64,000 nt of DNA, taken from assembly GCA_012295275.1 (NCBI GenBank), contig CM022677.1, positions 7,998,001 through 8,062,000 on the forward strand. Reading direction: 5' to 3'. The position numbers were made by a program, and so were the translations under genes. This document shows, in pieces, positions 45,190 through 56,612 of this stretch (position 1 is the first letter of the stretch; each line of letters opens with the position of its first letter). The notes beneath the pieces were generated by a model. It made no database searches and was not told the DNA's origin. It saw only the letters and a list, made by a program, of their open reading frames with translations. Source of the DNA: Chrysomallon squamiferum (taxonomy: Eukaryota; Animalia; Mollusca).

Positions 45190-46330
45190 TAATTCCTTCT
45201 GTTTATTCCTATCCTTCCTTCACCACACTCTTTAACATGATTAGCCATTCTTCTGTTTATTCCTATCCTTCCTTCACTACACTCTTTAACATGATTAGCC
45301 ATTCTTCTGTTTATTCCTATCCTTCCTTCACCACACTCTTTAACATGATTAGCCATTCTTCTGTTTATTCCTATCCTTCCTTCACTACACTCTTTAACAT
45401 GATTAGCCATTCTTCTGTTTATTCCTATCCTTCCTTCACCACACTCTTTAACATGATTAGCCATTCTTCTGTTTATTCCTATCCTTCCTTCACCACTCTT
45501 TAACATGATTAGCCATTCTTCTGTTTATTCCTATCCTTCCTTCACCACACTCTTTAACATGATTAGCCATTCTTCTGTTTATTCCTATCCTTCCTTCACC
45601 ACACTCTTTAACATGATTAGCCATTCTTCTGTTTATTCCTATCCTTCCTTCACTACACTCTTTAACATGATTAGCCATTCTTCTGTTTATTCCTATCCTT
45701 CCTTCACTACACTCTTTAACATGATTAGCCATTCTTCTGTTTATTCCTATCCTTCCTTCACCACACTCTTTAACATGATTAGCCATTCTTCTGTTTATTC
45801 CTATCCTTCCTTCACTACACTCTTTAACATGATTAGCCATTCTTCTGTTTATTCCTATCCTTCCTTCACCACTCTTTAACATGATTAGCCATTCTTCTGT
45901 TTATTCCTATCCTTCCTTCACCACACTCTTTAACATGATTAGCCATTCTTCTGTTTATTCCTATCCTTCCTTCACTACACTCTTTAACATGATTAGCCAT
46001 TCTTCTGTTTATTCCTATCCTTCCTTTCTTTCCTATTCTTCTGTTTATTCCTCCTTCCTTCCTTCACACACTCTTTAACATGATTAGCCATTCTTCTGTT
46101 TATTCCTATCCTTCCTTCACCACACTCTTTAACATGATTAGCCATTCTTCTGTTTATTCCTATCCTTCCTTCACCACACTCTTTAACATGATTAGCTATT
46201 CTTCTGTTTATTCCTATCCTTCCTTCACCACACTCTTTAACATGATTGATTCTGTTTATTCCTATTCTTCTGTTTATTTTCTGTTTATTCCTATCCTTCC
46301 TTCACCCCACTCTTTAACATGATTAGCCAT
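45190..46330. repeat. Highly homogeneous 54-bp tandem array (TTAACATGATTAGCCATTCTTCTGTTTATTCCTATCCTTCCTTCACCACACTCT), ~20 copies
   Basis: Near-identical contiguous units with no spacers. Confidence 0.95.
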
Positions 46331-46361
46331 CCTTCTGTTTCTGTCTCCATTCCTTTCAAAA

Positions 46362-46398
<37 letters not shown>

Positions 46399-46615
46399 AA
46401 CACACACACAGATACACAGTCACCAAGAATCATATCTACACAAACAAGTCTCTGAAAATAACCATGTTGCCCAAATCCAATTTTTATTTTTAAAAAATGT
46501 CCACCTACACCAGCACTTATCTACTGTTTTACTTTGATCTTACCCATCACTTCCCTGTCCCTAGAGAATTAACACACCCCTCAAAAATATTCAACAGATC
46601 TGTATACCCTCCTCA

Positions 46616-46664
<49 letters not shown>

Positions 46665-47289
46665 GTTAGTAATGTTAGAAATAAATTATCCGTAAAGAAA
46701 ACAAGCATTTTGTGGTTTTAAAATCAGTTTTATTTCAATTAATGGTTACAGAAGGTGGTAAATTTTAGTTTTTAAAATTACTTCATTTAATAATTGTTAA
46801 CACATTAATTTCAAAAACCATATTTATTTCATTTAATAGAAAAATAGTAAAAAAAAACAATAATTTCAAAAATCATTTTATTTCATATAACAATTAATTG
46901 TTTACAGAAAATATCAAAACATGCATTAACTTTACATTATTTTATTTCATTTAATAATAAATTGTTTACAGAAAATAGTAAAAATAAATAACAAAATGGT
47001 TTTAAAAATTGGTTTTATTTCATATTTAATTTTTACACTAAATAGTTAGAAAACAACAAAGTAATTTATAAAAATAGTTTCAGTTTACTTCATTTCACTT
47101 AAAGTTTATTAAAGTATTAGTAATAAAAATAAAAACAATTAAGTACTTAGCAGAAAACAACGACTAAGACTGAATGAATTTTAAAATAAGTTTAATGTTA
47201 ATACATTTTTCATAATTATGAGAGAGAGAGAGAGATTGTTGTTGTTTTTTTTATTATTATTTCTTACTCCTTTAAGTTCTGTTCTTGTT

Positions 47290-47332
<43 letters not shown>

Positions 47333-48209
47333 TTTTTTATTTATAAAGGAGTAATGTTGTCCTTGCTAGTAACTGTGGTGACTTAGTAGTTGGAAGTATG
47401 TTGGATATATTATGCATTTTGCAGTTTCTCATTGGGTTGTTTTTGTTTTGTTATTTCAATCACAATGAGGCCCAGTTTAGGTAGCAGAATAATTTCTGGT
47501 TTTGATGGTCTAGATCAGATAATGTAATTAGAGATGGTTTTTATTGTTATTTATTTTAATGATGATTGTTATGAGGCTTTGTTTGGGTTATCAGATACTT
47601 AAATGTCTGTTGCAGATGTCTGTCAATGTACATCCACTCAATCATGAAGACAGTTATAACAAACAGTTAGATAACTGCTTCCATTGGTCAGCAAGAAAAA
47701 ATATGTTATAAACACGTTCTCATAGACAGTAAAACATCTGTCACAGATTTTGATCATTCATTCACTGAGTTCTACTCAGAACAGGAAAATCCTAATACTT
47801 ACTGAGACAAAAACTTATCTTGTTGGTCAGATCTCACTGAAAAACAGTCACCTTCATTTTATCATCACGGTGAAACAAAAACTATAACACACCTTGTAAT
47901 TTCACCTCCTCTATGCCTGTGTCTAACAAAGTGGAAATTTGCACATTATTTATAGTATTTTTGACAAACAAGTAATCTGAACATTGTTCAAAATTCTTGT
48001 ACCCTGAACATTTTCAGTAACCTCCCTTTGTTTAACTTTCACCAGTTACACCGATTCCCACCATCCATTTCAGAAAAGCTGGTGAACCACTGTTATTATA
48101 ATTATTATTATAATTAGTAGTAGTAGTAGTAGTAATACTACTATTATTGTTATTACAGCTACTGCTACTAATACTGCTACACAAAATTATTATTCTCTAT
48201 TATTATTAT

Positions 48210-48283
<74 letters not shown>

Positions 48284-48343
48284 CTGGATTGATATGTGTG
48301 TGTGTGTGCATTTGATACCCAAATTTATTAATAGTAATATTTA

Positions 48344-48381
<38 letters not shown>

Positions 48382-48394
48382 GTATGTATATATA

Positions 48395-48433
<39 letters not shown>

Positions 48434-48714
48434 GTGGTACCTTGACATACAGGATTTTTTTTTTTTTTTTTTTTTCTGTCTTGTCGTTTCCTCAATGAAG
48501 GTACCTGCGAGTCCTGCTGTCCCCAGCAGTATACACATGACCATGACCTTGATAAAATGGTGCTTATTCCAAAAGCCAAGTTCATATTAGGGTCCCTGTG
48601 TGTGAGGAGATGTCCAGGTAAAAAACAAAGAGTGAAAATAGTAAAAATGTATTAATTATAAAAAATAACAACAACATAATCTGTTCAAAAAAGCCATATT
48701 TCTAGCAGCAGCAA

Positions 48715-49012
48715 ACAACCACTATAAACAACACACGTACATCCAAAAACCCAGACAATAGGAGAGTAGGATTCGCCTTCATAGCCCAAGATCACACAAA
48801 CAAACCCACACGCATACAGTTCGGCCGTATCACAAATCACCTTTCAGCATGCACGGCCGAATTGCAGCAGACCAGACCTACTCAGCAGAATACAACAGCT
48901 ACACGAGGACATACAACACAACAACAAACATCTAATCATCAAGTGGCTCCCAGCACATGTCAGCATCATCGGCAACGAACTTGCCGACCATTACGCCAAA
49001 GAGTCACTCAGC
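48715..49012 (+). mobile_element. Non-LTR retrotransposon (LINE) RNase H domain remnant
   Basis: Reads SKNPDNRRVGFAF...GRITNHLSACTAEL (deletion) ...IQQLHEDIQHNNKHLIIKWLPAHVSIIGNELADHYAKE (WLPAH..GNELAD..AK at 48944-49000), the RNase HI W.P.H.GI.GNE.AD..AK motif. Confidence 0.8.
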
Positions 49013-49050
49013 ATATTGTTCATTTGATTATTATCAGTTGTTGAATTAGG

Positions 49051-49418
49051 ATGTTCACAGCTTTGGGTATAATTGCTACTGAAATCACTGAATTTGCGTT
49101 TGATACATCAGTGAAACTTGCTACATCAGCTATTATAGATTCTACCGCTCCAGCTATAGCCGAAATTGTCGGAGGTGACAGTGTATATCTACCTCAAGCG
49201 ACTGCTATCAGACAAAGTATAGTTGAATCTTCTGTAGAAGGCATTGCTAGCTATACTAAAACTCAAATAAAGGACGCTTTGGACCAATTCACTGATTTTG
49301 TGAATTCAAAAGATACAGCAGTAGATAATAACGTTTCTCTGAAGAACGAGAGGAATTGGAAACTGAAGAGGACGAATACGTATCATATATGTGTACTACT
49401 AGTCAATTTCATGAATAA
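49051..49418 (+). pseudogene. Viral ORF-X (~120 aa, hydrophobic/Ala-rich N-terminus, acidic C-terminus) upstream of capsid copy 1
   Basis: MFTALGIIATEITEFAF...SSVEGIASYTKTQIKDALDQF. The homologue in copy 2 reads SSVEAIANYTKDQIKEAIEEF (51735-51905). A frameshift is inferred near 49338. Confidence 0.55.
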
Positions 49419-51314
49419 AGGGAAACGTATATTAAACAAGAAGGACGTTACCAGACTTTGGGCTATAGCTAAAGCTAAAGCATTTGATATATTATCAGAG
49501 ATAAATGTGCCGGTGGATCAGTGCCAAAACAGGTGGTTACAAATTCGACGTCAATATCCAAATTTACAGATTCCAAATCAAGATTTCTATTCGGCAATAC
49601 AAAATATTCGGAACGAATATAACCATATTGAAGATCAAGACGAAGAGGACCCTTTAATACGCCTATATACCCAGAAGACGAACAAGCATTAAAAGCATCA
49701 GAACAACAAGGCATGAAACGACAAAACATCGAACCTGGAGGAGGATCTAGCTCCAAAGTTCCTAATAATAATCAACTATCTACGAGGATATCACAAGATG
49801 TATTGGATCAATCTAATTCCAAAGGAACGTATCTTCAACCTCAAGAGTCCGTAATGGAACCTGATTCTATCATGAACGAAGAGGTAACTGATACAGGTGG
49901 AAGTGAAGCCGTAGAAGGTGCTCCTATGGCCTCTGCTACAGGAAATAACGTTTTATACCAAGGATTTGGAGATACAACGTCTGGAGCTAATCCGAGGTAT
50001 ATTACCATTAAAAAAACATTTAAACGAACATTCACTAGTGAGATTAATTTCTCTAAACAAAGAAAAGCTACTATGTCAATTATAGATAATGCAACAGATG
50101 CTTCAGCATGGAAAAATGCAATAGGTGATCCAAATGTATGTGAATTTACATTCAATCATGGTGGTCACATTATACCTTATTGGTATAAAGCAGCTAGCAC
50201 GAAGGCAGGCGATTGGAATTTACCTGATGAGGTTGTAGGCTATAAAATTAAAAAATTCGGATTTAATATAAATAATATGATAATACATGTTTTAAATAAT
50301 ACTAAATCAGATCCAAATGAAGTACCAGTAATGGCACCTCCAAATGCACGAGTTTGGACATTTACAGATATTTATAATGATTATGGCTTACCTGATAATA
50401 AATTTGGACCTATCTCATAATAATCGATTCAAAAAGATGAAGAATGTATGGACAACACATCTCAAAGAAGCATACCGGTTCAACCAGATCGTAAATTATA
50501 TTTGCCTAGTGACATAGGTATGCAACTGTTAAACAGTGCTTGGAACAGTGAGGGTGCGACTTATACTGCTGAAACACCTAATTACATATACGATAAAAAA
50601 AAACACGATGGATATAGAGAAACAGTTATTAGTGCAGGTGGTTTCGGTTTGGATTATACATGTAAAGATTCACCTTTAGTTATATTTCCAGGAGAAACAA
50701 GTCATACATTAAACTTTACTCAGATTACTGGTACGGTTAAGAACGATAGCTATCAGTCTAGCAACGAAAACAAAGCTAACTTAGAGGTATGGCCTACACA
50801 CGAAGTAACAGTAACTGACACTTCTAAACATCCATTAGGGACTGCTATCACTACCTATTTTAACCATCAGTACAGAAATGTACACTATTCAGCTTGTTAT
50901 CAAAATAAAGCTGGTAAAGATTTAGGAGCACCATCGATGGCAGATGATGCTAGCACCAAACTAGGTAAAAGCGGTATATCTAGCAATGATTTAGATAATC
51001 CAAATGTGAACACGTGCATGGACGGTAAACACCGACGTACGTATCAATGCAATAGACCTCCTATGTTCCTAATAGGTTTATACCCTGATGTAGAGAAAAC
51101 TAGCAACGGAGCTACATTATTCTTTAATTACCATGCTAACATACAAATAACTTATTATAGCGAGGTTTAGTTTTTAGTCAGAACGGCCATGTGTCCAAAA
51201 TACATACCTATAGGTTTGGGTGGATGTCCGTCAGGTAATATGTCAGGACTTTTTTTTAAATTGAACGATACTACACCTGTAGGAAATAAAGACAATGTTA
51301 AGCATACAGAACAA
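49411..51314 (+). pseudogene. VP: Parvovirus-like capsid protein (VP) copy 1, 3'-truncated, disrupted
   Basis: MNKGKRILNKK...; KTFKRTFT, HGGHIIPYWY, GYKIKKFGFNINNM, RPPMFLIGLYP, YHANIQITYYSEV(E>*)F resemble parvoviral jelly-roll strands. Lesions: 1-nt deletion ~49652, indels ~50415, TAG at 51168-51170. Breaks off at KHTEQ into telomere sequence. Confidence 0.8.
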
Positions 51315-51370
51315 CCTAACTCTTTTTTTTTTTTTTTTTTTTTTTTTACAATAACAAGAGTTTAGTTGTC

Positions 51371-51571
51371 AACCTAACTCTTGTGATTTGTAAAAAAAGC
51401 AAAGATCCTCATTACTGGCTTTTGGCTTTCGGCTTTTTGACCAAATGTACTTTAACTTATGCTCCTTTGGGCGAAGCCTAAGCACCTTCGGGTTAAAAGT
51501 ACTTTTGGTTATAAAGCCAAAAGCCAGTAATGAAGATCTTTGTTTTTTTTACAAATCACAAGAGTTAGGTT
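51371..51571. repeat. Type-B viral terminal hairpin (~200-nt imperfect palindrome with branched loop)
   Basis: AACCTAACTCTTGTGATTTGTAAAAAAA..ATTACTGGCTTTTGGC..GTACTTTAAC pairs with GTTAAAAGTAC..GCCAAAAGCCAGTAAT..TTTTACAAATCACAAGAGTTAGGTT. Confidence 0.9.
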
Positions 51572-51576
51572 ATCGT

Positions 51577-51705
51577 CTTCGCCCGAAGGAACGCGATCAC
51601 CTTCGGGTTAAAAGTACATTTGGTTAAAAAGCCAAAAAGCCAAAAGCCAATATGAGTTAAACTTTGTTTTTTTTACAATAACAAGAGTAGAGTTGAAATA
51701 TATCA
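51577..51705. repeat. Left ITR (type A): half hairpin plus arm
   Basis: 51607-51705 is the reverse complement of 56613-56714, differing only in the A/T homopolymer run. Confidence 0.9.
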
Positions 51706-51904
51706 GGTCATGTTTTTCTTCACCCCCACATTTTTCATCTGTGGAAGCTATTGCGAACTATACTAAAGATCAAATTAAAGAAGCAATTGAAGAATTTCCT
51801 GCTGTTATTGCAAAAAAGGACATATCTGAGTCATCTGTTGACAATAAGGATAAAGAAGAAAAAGAAGAGAACATAAATTATATGAACACATATAAACCTG
51901 TTTA

Positions 51905-54026
51905 ATGAGCAACAAAGGAAAACGGTTACTAAACAAGAAAGAAGTAACACGTTTGTGGGCTATAGCAAAGTCTAAAGCTCTTAGCATATTACAAAGTCTA
52001 AAGCTCTTAGCATATTACAAAGTCTAAACGTACCTAGGGATAAAGCTGAAGAAAAGTGGTTACAAATTCGACGTCGATATCCAAATCTACAAATACCTAC
52101 TAAAGTTTACTATTCGGCAATACATAATATTCGGAACGAATATAACGATACTAAAGATTCGGACGAAGAAGACCCTTTTAATTCGCCTCTATACTCAGAA
52201 GAAGAACAAGAACCAAACGAAATAATGGACGCAGACAAAAGAAAATGTACAAAAGAAGACTTTTTTCCATCTAAAAAGCAACGAAAAGATAATCCACAGT
52301 TATCTACAACTGTATCAGATGATGTCGTTGGAAATAGTAACGCTAAAGGAACTTATTTACAACCAAATGAATCTGTTATGGATGCAGATTCTGTTTCTGG
52401 TAACAAAGTAACAGATACTAGTGGTAGCGAAGCTGTTCAAGGAGCACCAATGGCATCTGCAACTGGAAACAATGTACTATATCAAGGATTTGGAGGAACT
52501 ACTAGAGGTACAGATCTTAGATACATCAAAGTAACAGAAACATTTAAAAGAACATTTACTAGTGCTATTAATTTTGATATGCATACCAAAGCTAAGATGA
52601 CAGTTCTTAATAATTCAACTAATCTTGGGTGGACAAATGCTATAGGTGATCCATCCGCTTGTGAGTTAGTTTTTAATCATGGTGGTCATATTATACCTTA
52701 TTGGTATAAACAAGCCAGTACACGACCAGAAGACTGGAATTTACCAGATGAGTTTGTAGGATATAAGATCAAGAGATTCGGATTTAATATAAATAACATG
52801 ACAATTCATGTTTTAAATAATAATAAAGCTGATTCCAATGAAGTTCCTATCATGGCTCCTCCTAATGCCCGAGTATGGACATTTACAGGTTTACATAATG
52901 ATTAAGGAATACCTCATACAGCTGATAACAGCAAAAGTCATAATGATTTATTCAGAGATGAAGAGTGCATGGATCAAACATCGAATAGAGCGATACCTAA
53001 ACAGCCTGACAGATACATGTATCTAACAGGTGATGTCGGTATGCAATTGCTAAATAATGGTTGGACAAAAGTAACTGATAATACTTTTAAAGCTATTGAT
53101 CCTAATTACATCTATAACATTAAGAAACATGATGGTTATAGAGAAACCGTTATAAGTGCAGGTGGCTTTGCTCTCGATTATACTTGTAAAGATTCTCCGT
53201 TGGTATTATTTCCTGGAGAGACTAGTCATATGTTGGCATTTACTCATGTCACAGGAAAGGTTAAAAAAGGCAATTATCAGTGTAGCAATGAAAGTTCAAA
53301 AACATTGGAAGTATGGCCCACTCATGAGTTAACTCTAACTGATGTTGCACTTCATCCTTATGCAAAAGTAATGACTACTTTAATCATCAATATAGAAATG
53401 TAGACTATAAAGCGTGTTTTCAAAATGCTGCAGGTGAACAATTGGGTGCACCTGCTATGGCAAGTGATCCTTCGAATAAACTTGCTAAAAAAGGAGTAAC
53501 TGCAAATGACATTAGTTCTCAGAATTATAATACAGAAATGGATGGTTCTCATAGAAGAACTTATCAATGTAACAGACCACCTATGTTTCTCATTGGTATA
53601 TACCCAGACGTAGAAAAGACTAGTAGTGGCAACACCTTATTTTTTAATTATCATGCTAATCTACAGATTACATATTACAGTGAAGTAGAGTTCATAGTAA
53701 GAACAGGATTTTGTCCTAAGTATATTCCTATAGGATTAGGTGGTTGTCCAGGTCCCATGAGAGGTCTGTATATATATGGTAAGGATGTAGCCGGAAATAA
53801 AGATGTCGTTAAACATACTGAACAAGATCAATTCTTAAGTGAAAATGCACAACAATATGTCGAACGAATACGTAAAACATGGGAAATGAGAATTGCCGCT
53901 CCTATATGGGACAATTCGAATCGAAGAAAGTCGAGGCGACGAGTTGTCTGGCCATTACATGGAACATACGGAGACAGAACGGTTCCAATTAAAGAAAACG
54001 AAACTGATTATTCTTATCCTATTTAA
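51905..54026 (+). pseudogene. VP: Parvovirus-like capsid protein (VP) copy 2, full length (~700 codons reconstructed), disrupted
   Basis: ATG at 51905 (MSNKGKRLLNKK). A 26-bp tandem duplication at 51967-52018 shifts the frame, which then reads through DPFNSPLYSEEEQEPNEIMDADK. Further lesions: TAA at 52903-52905 (Tyr in copy 1) and a frameshift ~53378. Ends ...DYSYPI* at 54026. Confidence 0.82.
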
Positions 54027-54129
54027 ATAATTATTCATTGTTCATATTAGTTATTTTACTACTTATCGTTAATTACTATTTTAAAAGAACTATTTGTAAG
54101 AACACAACACAGTGAAAAGTCTGTTGTGT

Positions 54130-54200
54130 TACAGATCACGTAACATCTCGTTACGTCATATCAATGACGTCATGTAAATATTGGTATAAATAAAGCTGAC
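54130..54200 (+). promoter_or_regulatory. Putative NS promoter: CRE/ATF-like sites and TATA box
   Basis: TTACGTCA at 54151-54158, perfect TGACGTCA at 54165-54172, TATAAA at 54185-54190, ~90 nt upstream of ATG 54280 (context CACCACTATGG). Confidence 0.6.
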
Positions 54201-54279
54201 GTTCAAAAATATTTTTGTCGTTTGTCATTAACTGACTTGCTACACGTTAAAAGAAGCATAGTTATAATCCAGCACCACT

Positions 54280-56413
54280 ATGGAGAAATATATTGAAGAC
54301 GCTACTAATACTTTGAATATTACTCAATTATATTGGGACATAAAGAGTACGACTTGGTGCATCCCAACTATCTGGTTCCAAGATGCCTTGCGAAAGATAA
54401 GAACGGAAAATATGTTTACGCCATGGAAAAAGAATTATATCAAGAGTTTCGTCATGGACCACCAAGACATTCTAGACAAGTGCGTGGACCATTGGTCGAC
54501 TCCGCAATCGGAGTTCATGATGAGAGGTCAGGATAGAGTGATAACTGAACTTAAAAACATGTTAAGGAATAAAAACTGGAAGATGCTGTTAGTGTACCAC
54601 GATAAATCGTGTGATATGGACTCCAACATACCTACAAATGGAAGTCATGTCCATATCATATGGAAAACAACGATGACACATCCAAGTCAAGATCGTCAGT
54701 ATAGACGTTTACACTGAGCTGTTCTGGCTGAAAAAGGGTATATAAAGTTAAGGAAGTTACGTCAGCCATACAAATACTCTGTATCTGAATTCATGAACTA
54801 CTTAATAAGAGATGACGAGAAAATGTTTTTAGGAACAAATTGTCCGGACATGCTCAATAAATGGAATCTATTACTGGATCAAGAAAAAAACTGGCTAAAA
54901 GATAATTATAATGAAAATACTGTATTCGAAGACACGTCTATCAACGAAGATATAAAGACATTTGAAGTTAAGCCTCCCAAGAAAAAAATGACGGTTCAGG
55001 AATTTTTAAATGAACACAGTGACGTGTTACAACATGGACAAGGAATGACAGTAAAGGAGATAAATCAAGAAACAAAGAACATTATAGACATTGATGATGA
55101 TATTCCAACTAACAAGCCTGAAAAGATTCCAAGTCACCTCATGTCTACCAAATCAGCAGACACATTCGACTTTTTTGACAAATTGGTTCAGAAGTATCCA
55201 GATGTGAATAAACTCAATATGCTCAAAAGCAAATTCGATACATCGAGCAATGAATTTAAAGCTCTTTGTAATGCTGTTGCCAACATATCTGGAAAAAAAA
55301 TATTTAAAGCAGCAAGAACCAAATACCTAATGGAACAAGCAGATAAAAGTGCCTACGATTAGATAAAAGCTCTCGACGATAACCTAGAAAATTATATGAC
55401 ACCAGAAGATTCTTTGAAACTATTTAACAGTTGGTGCCAGGAACAAGAGATACCAGAGTGATGGTTCTATGTACTAATGAATACCCTTTGAAAGGCAAAG
55501 CAAAAAAGAAAATTGGAATCTATTTACAAGGTGAGAGCGATTCCGGCAAGACAATGTTGTCGTCGAGTTTGTTTGAACCTTTGACATGTTCCGGTAAAAT
55601 AGCGAAAGACAATTTTCCATGGCAGATGCTGGGTGACAAAAAATTGTTATTGGAGAAGAAATAGCTATTACCCAAGTAAACATAGACAAATACAAAGATC
55701 TTCTCAGTGGCAGTAAGGCAACATGAGAGCGAAAGGGAACGACACCGGTGTATTGCAAAGCAAGCTTATGTAATTTAAACAGCAACATTCCTTTTGGACA
55801 GAACATTACATCAACCCAAATGAGTATTATGAAAACTAGATTGTACTTCATCGAGCACTTGAAGAAAAGCAATACACTAAAACGAGCTTACGGATTGCTA
55901 CATCCTAAATTATTCACCTTGTGCGAAGATCCATCCGAAGACGAAATAATGGTTCCGATTGAAAACGATAAACAATTCTTTAACGATAAACTCAATCCAC
56001 TACAAAACGACAAGACAATTCAAGCTAAGTATAGTTACTTCCATGACTCTTTTGACAACGAATCACAAGAATCATGTGGAGTAAAGAGGCAATATGATAA
56101 CATCGAAGCCTATATAGAAAATGAAGAGAAAGATCTCAATCAGAATGAAGACATCATCAATGAATCTCCAAAGAAGAAACGAAAAATTCTGAAAGCAAAA
56201 CGATCAGACTGTGATACGATAAGTGGTAACACGTCAGATGAACATTCTCAAGATCTGTTTATAGCATCTGAAGATGACAACAACCCTGCTGATAATACAG
56301 TTCCAGAAGCGTATATGAATAATAACCAAGCTTTGGACATTGATATCGAAAACATTATTCTGCCATCGCAAATTAATTATAAAGTGTTTGACATTTTTCA
56401 TTCCTATAAATGA
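54280..56413 (+). pseudogene. NS1: Parvoviral NS1/Rep (HUH endonuclease + SF3 helicase), ~710 codons, disrupted by stops and frameshifts
   Basis: HUH motif GSHVHIIW (54646-54654), motif III FMNYLIRD, Walker A GESDSGKT (55530-55553), NFPWQ, Walker B IVIGEE, B' KDLLSGSKAT*ERKG, motif C CNLNSN. Acidic C-terminus with NLS-like PKKKRK. AATAAA at 56484-56489. Confidence 0.92.
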
Positions 56414-56612
56414 ATATTATATCATAAACAAATGATATCATTGATGCTGTTTAAAATGTTAATCATAGTTACATTGTTACGTTAATAAAAGTTAAATAAT
56501 TAAATTTACTTAGTTTGTCATATGTTTATATTAATTTTATATATAAATACAATGAAAAATAACATTATTAATAATAAAAAAAAAAAAAAAAAAATGAAGT
56601 CGCTGAAAATTA

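Noticed and set aside
45190-46330. Possible CRISPR array or repeat-protein ORFs
   Set aside because: Units are contiguous with no unique spacers, there are no cas genes and the context is eukaryotic. The ORFs arise because 54 is divisible by 3.
51445-51627. 60-aa ORF, or rho-independent terminator/UUCG-tetraloop RNA interpretation of the CTTCGG hairpins
   Set aside because: They lie inside long DNA palindromes forming ITRs around viral genes and are better explained as ssDNA telomeres.
52223-52227. Apparent TAATG stop/start overlap before the 52225 ORF
   Set aside because: The upstream sequence reads in frame into 52225 (DPFNSPLYSEEEQEPNEIM). The separate-ORF appearance in copy 1 comes from a 1-nt deletion near 49652.
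54280-56413. Helitron or CRESS-virus Rep interpretation
   Set aside because: The helicase is SF3 with parvovirus-like NFP and Walker B 'EE' motifs, not PIF1/SF1. The linear ITR hairpins and large jelly-roll VP fit parvoviruses rather than circular genomes.
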